From positions 9,486,001-9,550,000 of the forward strand of contig JANJGN010000006.1 of the NCBI GenBank assembly GCA_026770705.1: a DNA stretch of 64,000 bases, read 5' to 3'. The translations under genes were made by a program, and so were the position numbers. The notes under the pieces are model-generated. The model did no database searches, was not told the origin of the DNA, and saw nothing but the letters and a program-made list of their open reading frames with translations. This DNA is from Isurus oxyrinchus. Taxonomy: Eukaryota. Below, piece by piece: positions 40,002 to 52,705 of this stretch; positions within the stretch are counted from its first letter, which is position 1; the number at the start of each line of letters is the position of its first letter.

Positions 40002-40658
40002 TGTGTTGGGAGAATCCAACTCTTAAGCTGTTTTCTGGGCAAGGCTGTTCTGACTTGAATAGTTGTACTGGGGCTTAATGTGATTTTCTCTTATTCCACA
40101 TACTGTCCATCTGAATAGGCAAATATTCCAGCAAATCAAAACAGTGGTTTGCCTTTTCACAATGTAACTTTGCCAGGAAGTTTGGTCCTAGCACAGATAA
40201 ATAATATTTTGGACCAAAATCACCAAGAATTTTAATACTTCACCCTTGCTAATTAGCATCATGCAAAATCTTAGGGCAGTATCAGTGCCCCTACAATGCT
40301 GAATAAGAATTAATCTTATTTTGCATCAAACCAAGCCTTAGCAACACATAGTGGAAAACAGTAGAACATCTAATTTGTCGCGTTGTTTCCCTTTCGTCTA
40401 TCGTCTGCAAAATTATTTAGGTGTCCGAGGCTGTGCCTGCTTGTGATTTCTTCTAAACTTATCATCTTTCACCATTGGCGAACCCCTTTGCCTGCTGGGT
40501 GAATAAAGCCACAACAAGCCAAGTGGATGTTTTTAATGATTCATCCTTCCTAATTAATAACTTCAGCCACAGATATGCTATGATTCCAAGATCGATCTGC
40601 TCCCAGGCACGTGGATATAAGGCAGTTAAGGGCGATCTTCATTGTTTGTAAGATATTC

Positions 40659-41042
40659 CATAGAAGAACCATAGACCACTACAGCACAGAAAAAAATAGG
40701 CCATTCAGCCCTTCTAGACTGTGCCGAAATATTATTCCGCGAGTCCCATTGACCTGCACCCAGTCCATAACCCACCAGACCTCTCCCAACATATGTCTAT
40801 TATTCAATATCTTTGTTTATGTTGCACAGGAGAATTATTTTTGAAGTTATATTAATAATTAATGTAAACAGCACTTTGTGGAGTTCTGTAATACTAGATT
40901 TCATAACAGAATGGAAGATAATTATCTAAAGGTAAACATTGGGCAATTAAATAAGTGGGCCATAGAATATCAACTCACATCATATAATTGTGTAATACCG
41001 CTCTATCCAATTTATTCTTAATCGAACCATAGAACACTACAG
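40659..41042 (-). mobile_element. CR1 3' fragment interrupted by a templated insertion
   Basis: catagaagaaccatagaccactacagcacaga..ggccattcagccc (reverse CR1 end) runs to ~40800 and resumes as ctatccaatttattcttaa at 41003. Confidence 0.65.
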
Positions 41043-42695
41043 TTAATTCGGTTAATTAAATAAAGTAAATCTCTGACATTGCTTCAGATTAAGTCAGAAA
41101 ATAGGGCCACAGAACATAAATCTGAATTAGTGAAAAATAAATATAAATCAGATGCAGGAATAACTTTATCAGCAAAGCAATAAAGATTTTGAACATTCTG
41201 TATGTCAAGCAAAAACATGTGGATTTTGTGTTCAGCAGCAAAATGATAGCGCTTGGCACTGACCTCAAAGAAAACTGCTCACAAAGTTTGTTTGATCTCT
41301 GTGAAGTGCATTTTCCCTTTTCCCAGTGTCATTTCGAATCTAGCATTAAGTCAATGGGATCTCCTGGTGTCCAGCTGCAATTATGCCATCAAGCAGGAGA
41401 GGCAGCCAATCGCATTGAAGCATTCTCACATATGGCAAACCAGGAAATAAAATGCACTGAATTTCACTTGCAACACAAATGATTGAATAATTGGTACATA
41501 CACTTGGGATTAAGATTGAAGCTAAGATATCATAAACTTTGTAAATAAACATAATTTCAAATCTATTAACATTTTAATATTAATAGTGAAATTTTACAGT
41601 CCGCAAATATAAATTTAGTTTTCCAAAACCAGTGAGTGATTAGCAGCAGTTATAAAGATAGTATGCCATTTAAAAACCCAGTTATACTTCTTTCAACAAA
41701 GTGTAACTTTTCGAGGAGTTTTTAACAGCAAGACCAATAGCATAAAAGGGTGAGCTCTTGTCAGTTTAGTGATTTCTACTTGAGGATGGGGGACCTAAAC
41801 TATTACTTCTATCAAGAAGTGTAGAATCACTGACAAAAGCTTATGGATTCTTCGTATGTGCAGATTCAAAATGTTACTGTCAATTTCGGAGGAATAACGC
41901 TGGTGAACAATTTTGCAAAATCTGAGGCATTAGTAATATTATAACTGCAGCTGACTGTTAAAATGTGCATATTAGGACCACAGTTAGGTGGAGTTTGATA
42001 GGAAAGAATTACTTGGCCTATCCTTGACCTTTTTTGTATTCTTTACTGAATTGAATGTTTCTAACGTTGTACAGGTCGTTGTACAATATTACAGTCCATT
42101 TTGGTAAAAATCCTCAAGTGATCAACTGGCTTATGAAACCTGAATGCTGGGTCAATTGATTGTTTGCCCTTTTATAGAACCTGCCTGATTTTTCAATCAG
42201 CGATTTGAATGGAATAAAAGTAGGGCATGTTCTATAAAAGTCAGCAATCTACATGCTGGTTGCCTGTGTTTACATGGGATAAGGAAGCCAGTTTTACCAG
42301 ATTACTTTTCATGGGTCTACATGCTGTCAGGATATGAGATGCTTTTAACTGTACTATCACAGTTAGCCAGTATTTTGACACTGCTCTCTTGTAATCTAAA
42401 TACAAGCATTAATGTAAAAGGACCTTCAGATGAAGAGCCTTGTCCTGCATAAGGTGTTTCCTAATCTTAATTTGTAGCGGTATTACACAATTATATGATA
42501 TGAGTTGATATTCTATGGCCCACTTATTTAATTGCCCAGTGTTTACCTTTAGATTATTATCTTCCATTCTGTTATGAAATCTAGTATTACAGAACTCCAC
42601 AAAGTGTTGTTTACATTAATTATTAATATAACTTCAAAAATAATTCTCCTGTGCAACATAAACAAAGATATTGAATAATAATAGATATATGTTGG
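40786..42695. repeat. ~217-bp near-perfect inverted repeat pair (40786-41002 / 42476-42695)
   Basis: The arms are reverse complements apart from a few substitutions and a 3-nt indel; spacer ~1.47 kb. Confidence 0.92.
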
Positions 42696-43976
42696 AGTGA
42701 GCGGCAAGGCCAAGAGCCTAACCAGGGAAGCCATATTATGTTATAAATTGCAAGAATGCAATTTTATAAACATTGAACTGCAGGATTAGATTGAATCCTT
42801 CAACGGACTTCCTAGTGTTTGTTAATATTGGCAGAAATGCTCCCATAGTAAGGATGCCTGGACACTTCAGCAGGAAGTACCAACATCTTCAAAACAAAGG
42901 GATTTTCACATGATGACCAAGTATGAGGGGAAAAAAGTAATCCATTTACAAAGCAAAAATGCTTTGTTTGCCTGTAAAAAAAAAAATACTTGAAATAAGA
43001 AATTTTGGACAAAACTTTTTAAGTTAATGCTGAATTTTGCTCATTGGTGGGCACTGGGATATAAGGGAAGTTTCGTGATGCTCTGCTGCTCGAGTCTGGC
43101 TGGATGAGTGTGTCAAAGTCCTGTCTAATAAGGCTGCTGCATTGAATTTTACCTGTTGGGCACATCTAAGAATGCTGAACTTTTTAAGTGAATAAAAGTT
43201 ACTAGAGGATGCACTTTAAAAGTAATTCTGTTGAGCAGGTTGGAGATGTTGTGACGTCATGATAAAGTTACATAAATAGATGCCTTTCAAACACATGTCT
43301 TCCTTTCTTTTTGTATTAACTTATCTCTCCTATCCAATATGTGCTATTTCTACATGGGTCAGTCTTGAAAGGGCCACGTAACTCCAGGTCAGCACATTTG
43401 CTCATGTGTCACTCATGATGTGCTGAGAGCACCAAGACTTCAGTGTTGGACTACAGCAGCTAGTGAAGGACTACAAGCTTGGGAAGGGGCACCAGACATG
43501 GATCATGGGGTGTTGGGGGGTGGGAGGGGAGCGGGGGGGGGGGGGGCGGTAGTGGAGGAGCACAGCACTTGGAGGTGGGGGCAACAGGTAGCAGTGGCTG
43601 GGCATTTTTCAATAATGCAGATTCCTGTTCAGTCCACAGTCCAAATGGTTGCTGTGTGCTGTGAGGTGCTGCATTAGAGGGTGGTTGCCAATTTAATAAA
43701 CAGTGGGGACCTAATGAGTGCAGCGCAACACTGCGGTTTAAGTGAATCAGTTTTCTACTGACATAGTATCCTCCCCATAATTTTTCTTTTGATCTCTATA
43801 GTTCTAATGTAGTGATAGGAGTTATTAAACATAAATCGCCTTGTAAGTAATAATGATGCACCTGCGTAAAAGTTTAATACCTGGAACATAACATCTGTTC
43901 GTTCTTCTGACATCCTCCTAGTTACTGACTTATTTGAAATTTCTCTTCTTTCCCAATTCTGACACCACCCTCTTAT

Positions 43977-44170
43977 TGTTAACCGTATCCAAGCTGGTTG
44001 GTGAAGTTAAAACTAAGGCACAGCAGCTTGCTGTGCTGGAGAGAGTTTATTGAATTAGTTCACAGTCAACACTACTCCAACACACCAGTGTCCCAGCTAT
44101 CCCCATTTATAGGTGTACAAATACCCATCAACTGTTTAACAATGTGATTGCTATTAAACCCATCCCTACA
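43977..44170 (-). mobile_element. Putative solo LTR
   Basis: TGT...ACA termini; on the minus strand TATAAA is followed by AATAAA. No convincing 4-6 bp TSD. Confidence 0.35.
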
Positions 44171-44377
44171 TATGAGTGACCTTACTGATAAATTTCTACG
44201 CACTGCCGATCCTCAGCCCTGGCACCTGTTGTCTCAGCTGCTGACCGTGCTTGCTTCTGTTTATTGTGAAATGTTGTCTTTGCTAAGGGTTATGAGTAAG
44301 CATCATTATTATTATTTTAAAATTTATATCAGTGCAAATAGGAGCAAAACACAAAAATCAATAATGAACCTAAAGGG

Positions 44378-44495
44378 ACTGATGGAAGATCACTGAACTG
44401 AAATGTTAACACTCTTTCTCTCTCCACAGATGCTGCCTGACCTGAGTATTTCCTGTTTTTATTTTAATTTCCAGTATCTGTAGTTTTTGCTTTTA
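44378..44495 (+). mobile_element. Single-arm relic of the hammerhead-bearing element family
   Basis: ctgatgg-aagatc..gaaatgttaac..ccacagatgctgcctgacctgagt..tttccagtatctgtagtttttgctttta. Confidence 0.65.
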
Positions 44496-44584
44496 TCCCA
44501 GTAATTCTGCAATCTGGACCAAATTGAATCAGTGCACACCCTCCATCGTCTTGTGTGGCACTATCAACATGCTAAATTGGATAG

Positions 44585-47145
44585 ATTCAGAATTGATCTA
44601 GCAACTCATCTATGAGGCATTGTGGAGCATCATTAGCAGCAGAATTGTATTCAACAGATCCTCACTCTGCTATTATCAAGCCAGGGGATCAACACTGATG
44701 CAGTGAGGAGTGTAAGAGAGTATGCCAGGAGCAGCACAAGGCAATCCTAAAAAGGGGCGCCAATCTAGTGAAGTTACAATACCGGTCTACATGCATGCTA
44801 AACAACTGAAGTGGCATGCTATAGATAGAGCAAATCGATCCCACAACCAAGGGGATCTGATCAGAGCTCTGTAGTGTTACCACGTCCAGTCATGAATGGT
44901 GGTGGACAACTAAGCAAATAACTGGAGGAATAGGCTCCACAAACAACTCCATCTTCAATGATGGGGGAGCCCACCACATCAATGAAAAATACAAGGCTGA
45001 AGGGTTTGCAAACATCTTCAGCCAGAAGTGTTGAGTGGTTGATCCATCTCCGCCTCTTCCTCATCCCTCTTGAGGTCCCCCAATATCACAGATGACACAA
45101 TTTGATTCACTCCACCTGATATCAAGAAATGGCTGAAGGCACTGGATGCAACAAAAGCTATGGGCCCTGACAAAATCCTGGTAGTAGTACTGAAGACTTT
45201 TGCTACAGAACTAGCTGCATCCCTAACCAAATTGTTCCAACAGAGCTGCAACACTGGCATCTATCTGACAAGTGGGAAATTGTCCTCGTATGTCCTGCCC
45301 AGAAGAAGCCAGACAAATTCAATCTGGCCAATTACTGCCCCATCAGTCTACTGTCAGTCATCTGCGAAGTGATGATTTTGCTATCAAGTGGCACTCATTC
45401 ACCAGTAATTTGCTCACCAGTGCTCAGGGCCACTTGGCTCCAGAACTCATTGCAGCCTTGGTCCAAGCATGGGCTAAAGAGTTGAATTCAAGAGGTGAGG
45501 TCAGAGTGACTGCCCTTGACTTCAAGGTAGCATCAAGGAGCCTTTGCAAAATTAAAATAAATGGGAATCGGGGGGAAACTGTCCACTGGTTGGAGTCATA
45601 CCTAGTACAAAGGAAGATGGTTGTGAATGTTGAAGGCCAATCATCTCAGTCCTGAGACATTGCTCGAAGGAGTTTCTTAGTTAGTGTCCTAGGCCCAAAC
45701 ATCTTCAGCTGCTTCATCAATGACCTCTCTTTCATAAGTTCAGAAGTGGGGATGTTTGCTGTTGATTGCAGTGGCCTGTGCCTGAAAGCAGAAGGACCTG
45801 GACAGCATTCAGGCTTAGGCTGATAAGTGACAAGTAACATTGCCTGGCATTTGTGTGGTGTGAATGTCCATCTCTCTTTACTTTCAATAAATCACCTTCA
45901 CTGAAACCCCCACTCTAAACATGTAGCATGGTTACAGCACAGAAGTAGACTACTCACCCAGTTATGTCGTGCTGGCTCTCTGGAAGAGTGACTCACCAGT
46001 GGCTCTCCCTTACCTTTTCCCCATATCCCTGTACATTTTCACTTTGGATAATTATCCAATTCTCTTTTGAAGGCTCCAATAGAATCTGCCCCCACGTACT
46101 CTCAGGCAGAGCATTCCAGATCCTAACCATGCAGTGTTTAAGAAGTTTTTCCTCATGTCGTCATTGCTTCTTTTGCCAATTGCCTTAAATCAGTGTCCTC
46201 TGATTCTTGATGTTTCCATTGGAAATGGTTTATCCCCAACTACTCTGTCCGGATCCCTCATGATTTTAAAAGCTTCTATCCAATCACCTCTTGTGCAGTG
46301 GGAACAGTCACAACTTTTCCAATCTATCCACATAGCTGAAATTCCTCAACCCTGGGATAAATCTCATGAATCTATTCTGCACTCTCTCTAATCCCTTCCC
46401 ATCCTGGGGGGTTAGAATTGACCAGAAACTTAAGTGGACCAGCCATATAAATACTGTGGCTACAAGAGCAGTTCAGAGGCTGGGAATTCTGCAGCAAGTA
46501 TCTCAGTTCTTGACTCCTTCAAGCCTGCCCACCATCTACAAGGCATACCTACAGCGTATGAACTGCAGCAGTGCAAGAAGCTGGATGACCACCACCTTTC
46601 CAATTTGAGACGGACAAACAAAAAGCTGGACCTGTCAGAGACACCCACATCCTGTGAAAGAATAAAAAGTAAGAGTGTAATGGAATATTTTCCACTCTTT
46701 AACACTCAAGAAGCTTGACACTACCCAGGACAAAGCAACTGCTTGATCATGCCACCCACCACCTGAAATATTTATTTCCTCCATCACCAAAGCACAGTGG
46801 CAGCAGTGAGTACCACGTATGCAATTCACTGCAGTAACCTGTCAAGCCTCCTTTGACATTACTTCCCAAACACGTGACCCCTGACACCTAGAGGGACAAG
46901 GGCAGCAGATGCATGGGAACACCACTACCTCGCAACCTTGCAACACGCTGACTTGGAAATATATCACACTTGCTTCGCTGTCACCGAGTCAAAATCCTGG
47001 AACTCCCTTCCATTGTGGTGTTCCTACACCCCATGGACTGCAGCAGTTCAAGACGTGGCCGCTCACCACCACCTTCTCTAGCAATTAGAGGCAGACAACA
47101 AATGCTGGTCTTTCCAGCAACGCTCACACCCTAGAAACAAAAAGT
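44585..47145 (+). mobile_element. Degenerate CR1-clade LINE (ORF2 RT region to 3' end) with nested insertions
   Basis: KAMGPDKI..VLKT.A.ELA..LTKLFQ, ANYCPISLLS, VTALDFK and LGPNIFSCFINDL motifs broken by frameshifts. An antisense CR1 3' fragment is nested at ~45918-46400 and an extra 3'-end copy at ~46545-46668. Confidence 0.88.
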
Positions 47146-47269
47146 TATTAAAAATCCTTACTAAATCATGCTCTCTTTTTATTTCCATATGGTTTGCTTT
47201 TCTCTGTTGGCCAACTTAATGCAGTTAAGTATTTCAGTTCTCTGACTTAAGGCAGGTCCTTGGTAGTTA

Positions 47270-47428
47270 TTCACCAAACCACAGCAAAGTGCTGTAACTT
47301 ATACTATGGGTAAGGTGGGGAGGCAGGCCCCAAATGTACCTTGGTCTGAATGGGGATCAAACCACTTGCTGTTGGCACTGATCTGATCACACACTGCCAT
47401 CTTGCCAACGGAGTTGAACCGCTACCCA
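47270..47428 (-). mobile_element. Old tRNA-headed SINE fragment
   Basis: Minus-strand B-box-like GGTTTGATCCCC, preceded by a tRNA-like head. Confidence 0.45.
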
Positions 47429-48329
47429 GTTATACGCTATCCACTGTTAGTTTTAAACCTTTCCAGTTTTATTAATTGGGACTTGATTGGTTGAATTTAA
47501 TTTGGAGTGCTTTTTTTAAACATACCTGTAAATTGCAAATACCTGAAAATGAGCCAACAAAGCTGTAATCTAATCAAAGGGTGTGGAACATGCCATAAAT
47601 CATACGATCAAAACCTGGTTACCTTTTAACTGTCAACAAAACCCCACAGATTAGATTGCAGCACAGCCTGGTCTCCCTCATAAATATATAAATTATCTTT
47701 TTTCAGTTGTCAGGATGGCTTGCAGTTGTCAGTGTGCATCTTGGCATGTGGTGACATTTCATAAAACTAAGATGCACTGCACAAAAGTTAACCAGCAGAG
47801 TATTTTGTACGCATCACTTTAATTATTTTACAGCTTTACTAAAATTATTTGGTGATGAATATTCCATTCATAAAATGTAACGTGGGTGTGACATTTCATT
47901 GTATTGCTATCTTTTACTGTTTGATTATAAACAAACAGAAGTCCAGGTTCATGCCATCTGGAATGCCATCTGTTTAGCACAGAACCTATATTTAGGTTTA
48001 GAGAGTGGTTGAATTTATAATTGTTAACATTTTGGTGAATGTTCAAATGTGTTTTTGCTGCTCAGTTGAACATTCCAGAGTGTCTGTGCATTGCTGCCTG
48101 GATTTCACAGGTACATCTAATATTCTTTTCTGCTATTATTGTAAATATCTTGAAAGATAATTTTCAATAGATTGTAGGGACATTGTGTGTAGTATATAAT
48201 ATGAAGGCTGATAGATGAGTGGTTTATTTATGGGTTAACTATGTTTGATTTTACTTGTAACCTTCTAAGAATGAATGCACCAAATTCCTTGTGGTGTTCT
48301 GTTTACTGACGATATTTCATTGGTTCCTA

Positions 48330-48545
48330 GAAGTTATGGTACAGAGACAGGCCCTGGCTGTGTGCATCACTACTTTTAGTAATTTGTGGATTTGCACATC
48401 TTGATCCCATCGCTCTTCTGCCATATTTAGACTCTTACTTTCAAAGCAGTATGTGGCCTCCATATCCTTCCTTCTAAAATGTAACATTCTACATTTATCT
48501 CTCTTGGAATTAATTTGCCAATTATACAATTTGTCTATCCTGCAA
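48330..48545 (-). mobile_element. CR1 ORF2 fragment
   Basis: WQINSKRDKCRMLHF...EERWDQDVQIH resembles the CR1 WQM.FN..KC.V.H...E.DLGV motif. Confidence 0.65.
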
Positions 48546-48555
48546 ATTTACACAT

Positions 48556-49288
48556 GGCCCAGATTTTGTAGTTGTAATGAGGGCAAGACTGAGTGCTTTC
48601 CCTCATTACTGTATGAAACTGATGGCTAATTCTGGCATCTGCGTCTGTGCAGGTAAATGCTGTTGTTGTCAGTGATTCCCCACTCCCCCACAAGGTGTGC
48701 TGTTGAAGTCTTCACGGATGGTAATCAATTAGCAATCACTAATTGACATGATCGTCAACTTCCTATACTACTGTGTTATTCTTGCTGTAAAAATCCTTGT
48801 TGACGAAGATGTAACTGGAATTTTAACAGTATATTAAGTCATAGTGACTGCTGCAAAACCTCTCTAGTTCTGAAATCAAATTATATTCATGGAATATCAA
48901 ATTTCTCCATTCCATGCTTTTAAAAAAAAATTATTAAAATGCTAAAAGAATTAAAATTAAGATATTTCAACTTTTACTTTAATTCGATTTGTACATGCCA
49001 ATCTTTATTTCACTTTCTGTAAAATTATTTTAAAAACAATTAAAACCTGCTTGTTATTTCCTGATTTTGTGTCTGTTAGAACCTTCAACCTAGCCCCTTA
49101 GCTACTTAGTCTGCTTGATGAGAACTGTTGATGGAAGCCAGTGATCCATAATATCTGGCACCAAAATAAACTTAACTGGAGGAAAGATGAAATCCATGTC
49201 ACCGAGTTTATTAGACCCTTCTGGCAAGTTTTCCTCTAAGTTCAGCGGTGAGCACCGTCACTTCACCACTGGGCACAAAATCTGAACT
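48556..49288. mobile_element. TIR element (Harbinger-like MITE), old
   Basis: Imperfect TIRs GGCCCAGATTTTG / CAAAATCTGAACT. A related fragment probably lies at ~41580-41930. Confidence 0.45.
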
Positions 49289-49899
49289 GAGGTTTTTTAT
49301 GTTCAATACATGATTACTATAAGATCTGATAAACATTTTGCTCTGGGAATGATTGCATGATTGATGATGGGCTTGGCAATGGAATGGTGTGCATAACCGT
49401 GAGGTATGTGTAGTTAGGGGCAGTGTGCATAACTGTGGGTGGCATGCATGATTTATAGGGTACTGGCCATGGCTATGAAACAGCATGTGTAGCTATAAGA
49501 CGTTGCAATTGCTTGAACATGTTTCAGATATGGTCCAGCAATGAACAATTTCAATTTATTGATTTTTTCATCAGTCAAACATTTGATTAAAGATAAGGAC
49601 GGACTCCCTGGATCAGAGAGTGGGATGCCTTAACCAGTTTTTAAAATGGCAGTAAGTCGGAACTTGATAATTATAGACCTATTAGCTTAATTCCAGTTAT
49701 TGGAAACTTGTGAGAGGTAATATTAGAAGCTCCTATATGAGCATTGGGACAGAGTAAGAGGTTATCGGAGACCTACAGCAGAGCTTCTGTAAAAGAAAAT
49801 ATCTCAAAATCTGGTTTGAATCATTTAAGGAGCTAACCAGCTTCGTAGAATTAAAGATAGCTCTGCTGACATTATATATTTGGACTTCTCAGCAGCTGC

Positions 49900-51420
49900 T
49901 AAATGATGCATTCGTTTCTCAAATGGAGCCATGGTTTTTGGAGACCTGAAAGGAGGACAACACAAGATAGTTGGGAGAGGAGGAGGGGAAGCAAAAAGTG
50001 CAACTTGCAAATCAAAAGATTGTTGGATGAGGTGGAAGTGAATGGGGAAAAAGAGAGGATTTGATGTGAGGATATTGTAATTGTTGATGGTTTTCAGTCT
50101 TGTCACTGGCCATCACCTCAGCCATGGCTTCCCCATTGATGCCTTCATTTGGGGTAATTGCATGCAACTGTGCCTGTCACTTGCTGGTTAGGTGTTGCTG
50201 CTGCCTTTGGTTATGCACCTGCAAAAGAGAGGGAAATGTACTTGGATCATGTGGCTATGCTGGTTGAATAGCTGGCAGTGTGTGCAGTTTGTGAGATGTG
50301 GATGTGAAGGTTGCAGTTATGTGGGTATGAGGTGAAGCTATGTAAGGTATGAGTTGCGATTGACTGATTGGTAGGTGAGTGTTGGGTGGGTGATGAATCG
50401 AGCTGTGTGTAAGGCTAGTGGTATAGTTACTGTGGCATTAGAAAATAGATTCACTGACCTTGACTACTTGAGTGAAGTTACTGAACTTTTTCTGGCGCCG
50501 CAGTAATGTTCTGTGGCTTGGTGCCTGACATTTACCAGAGGCAGCCTCCAGTGGAGCCCGCTCTCTATATTGTGTTATTATTCAGTGTTGTCCATGTCAG
50601 AATCGGTTTTAGAATGACTTTTGGTTCCCACTCCAACCTCAATGCAAGCTGGCGTTCAATCAAGTTAGCCTCTAACAATGTTGTGCCCCTGCTCAAGCAC
50701 TCAACAGCGTGCTTAGCATTGGCTGCAACACAATGCAATTTGTGTGCTGCCTGCATTGGAAGCAATGGTTGTAGGGTCATCCCACATTGCAATTCCCACA
50801 ACCGCTCCTAGGGTCTGTTCAATATTGCAGCCAAGGGGTTAGATTTTCATCTGGGCAGGGAGGCACATTTCGTTGTGTGAATAGCCACACTTTGTTTTTA
50901 TTTTTTAAGGAAGTCCTCCGCATTCTCAACCCTGTGCCATTCTCCTCTGGCGTTTCTGTGGGTTGGGAATGGCTAAGGCTGAATCTTCCTCAGGGCTTGT
51001 AAAAACTTGTTCTGTTCACTTTTGCAGCTTGCAAACTGCCCACCAGATCCATGTATGACTTAATGCACTATTTTTGTCTTTTTACACACTGGGGTCAGGT
51101 TAACAGTGCGCTGGAGCGTGTGAACAGAGTGTGAGGGTCTGGAGGCAGGCCTGTGAGGAAGTCTGTCTAGGTTCTCCAACACCGTATCCTAGTTCCCAAC
51201 AGTGTTGAAAGGCCCCTTAAACCTCATCTCTCTCCCCACCACCCTTGATGCCAACCCATGCCCCTTAGATCCCATGCCACCTTTGCCTCCCATGTATCCG
51301 CCATGCCCCCTCAAATCACCCCATGCCACCTCTATGCTGCCCATGTATTTTCCATAGCCATTCACCCAGTGTTTACTATGTACAGTCCTTTGATTCCATG
51401 CAATATCAATGAAAAATGTC
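49900..51420 (-). mobile_element. Degenerate Harbinger-like transposon remnant (Myb/SANT-like ORF relic)
   Basis: Minus strand 50503-50459 reads LRRQKKFSNFTQVVK followed by a gtcagt donor, resembling the QCRKKFNDL helix of Harbinger Myb/SANT proteins. Confidence 0.4.
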
Positions 51421-51780
51421 TTATCGTCATGGGTGGTGGTGAAGAAACATCTTGCCATCTAATGAAAGCCGCCATATCATTGTTTCTGAGGAAATAATGC
51501 ATTCTGCCACATGAGAACATCTTGTAATACTTGTAATCGTATTAGCTTGTGTCACTAATCCAGAAATCACGTCAAAAGGACAATTTGTTCTCTCAAATTC
51601 TTGAAAGATGTCATCCATTCTCAGATATGGAACACCTACTGTGCTGAAACCCATTAGCACTTGAAACTCAGCCAGGCATTGATAATGGCTGCAGCTCTCC
51701 AAACAACAGACTACTTTCTAGGAAGGGAAGGATAGAAGGTGCTCATTTTAATTTCAAAGAGCCGGTTGATGAATGTACTG

Positions 51781-51920
51781 GAGCTCTGAAGAAGGATCAT
51801 ACAGACTCTAAACGTTAACCCTGTTTCTATATCTACAGATGCTATCAGACCTCCTGAGTTTTTCCAGCATTTTCTGTTTCTATTTCAGATTTCCAGCATC
51901 CGCAGTATTTTGCTTTTATC
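51781..51920 (+). mobile_element. Single-arm copy of the hammerhead-bearing family, retaining canonical CTGAAGA
   Basis: CTGAAGA-A-GGATC-ATACA-GACTC-TAAACGTTAAC..cagatgct..gacct.ctgagtttttccagc..gatttccagcatccgcagt. Confidence 0.75.
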
Positions 51921-52620
51921 TTTATTATAATGTAAAGGAATAGGTGGTTAGACTTTTTTTAAGTGTAGATTTTGTTTTTCTCTCCATCCAGATTGTTTTT
52001 TCAATCACAATAGAAAAGATGGCAGCACAGGTTGATGGGACATTTTGTAACATTTCTTCACTGCATTATGGAACTTTTTCTATCAGAAGAGCATTGTAAT
52101 GCATGTGAACAAACATAAAAGGCTGGTCAATGTAAGGGTCAATTTGCCTTTAAAGGACATATTCCCTAATGAATCGCTGCATTAAAAGCAAACCTGTGTT
52201 ATAATACAGCACCTAATAGTGACATTTGAAGGTGTGAACACTTACTGTTCCAGACTCCTCAGCAAGCTTTCCATTTTCTTCACAAACTCCCAAACCTGAC
52301 AATGCTTTGGGCTTCCACAACCCCACAGCACCAGGTGAAAGTGGTTTGTGGGAGGAAATCCAATTTTCATTCCCTTTTCAGAATGAGAAACATGACCTTT
52401 GTTACTGCAATGGTCTTTCTGGTCTCATAAGAATAAACAAATTTGTACACCTAAATGAAATGTGTGAAATTAAACCTCTAAAACAGTGAATTCTTTCAGA
52501 TCCATCTTGAGGTATTTGCTGTAAAGACATTTGTGTGGCTCTAACCTAGCTGATGTTACTGATAATAAACACAACAGACATGTACAAAATTATAGTTGTT
52601 GTATCGTATTTTTGTGAGCC

Positions 52621-52705
52621 TATGTGTGTGTGTATATGTGTGTGTGTATATGTGTGTATATATGTATGTGTGTGTATATACACACACACACACACATATA
52701 CATAC
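52621..52705. repeat. Compound (TG)/(TA)/(CA) microsatellite
   Basis: Alternating purine-pyrimidine tract that switches from TG to CA. Confidence 0.9.
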
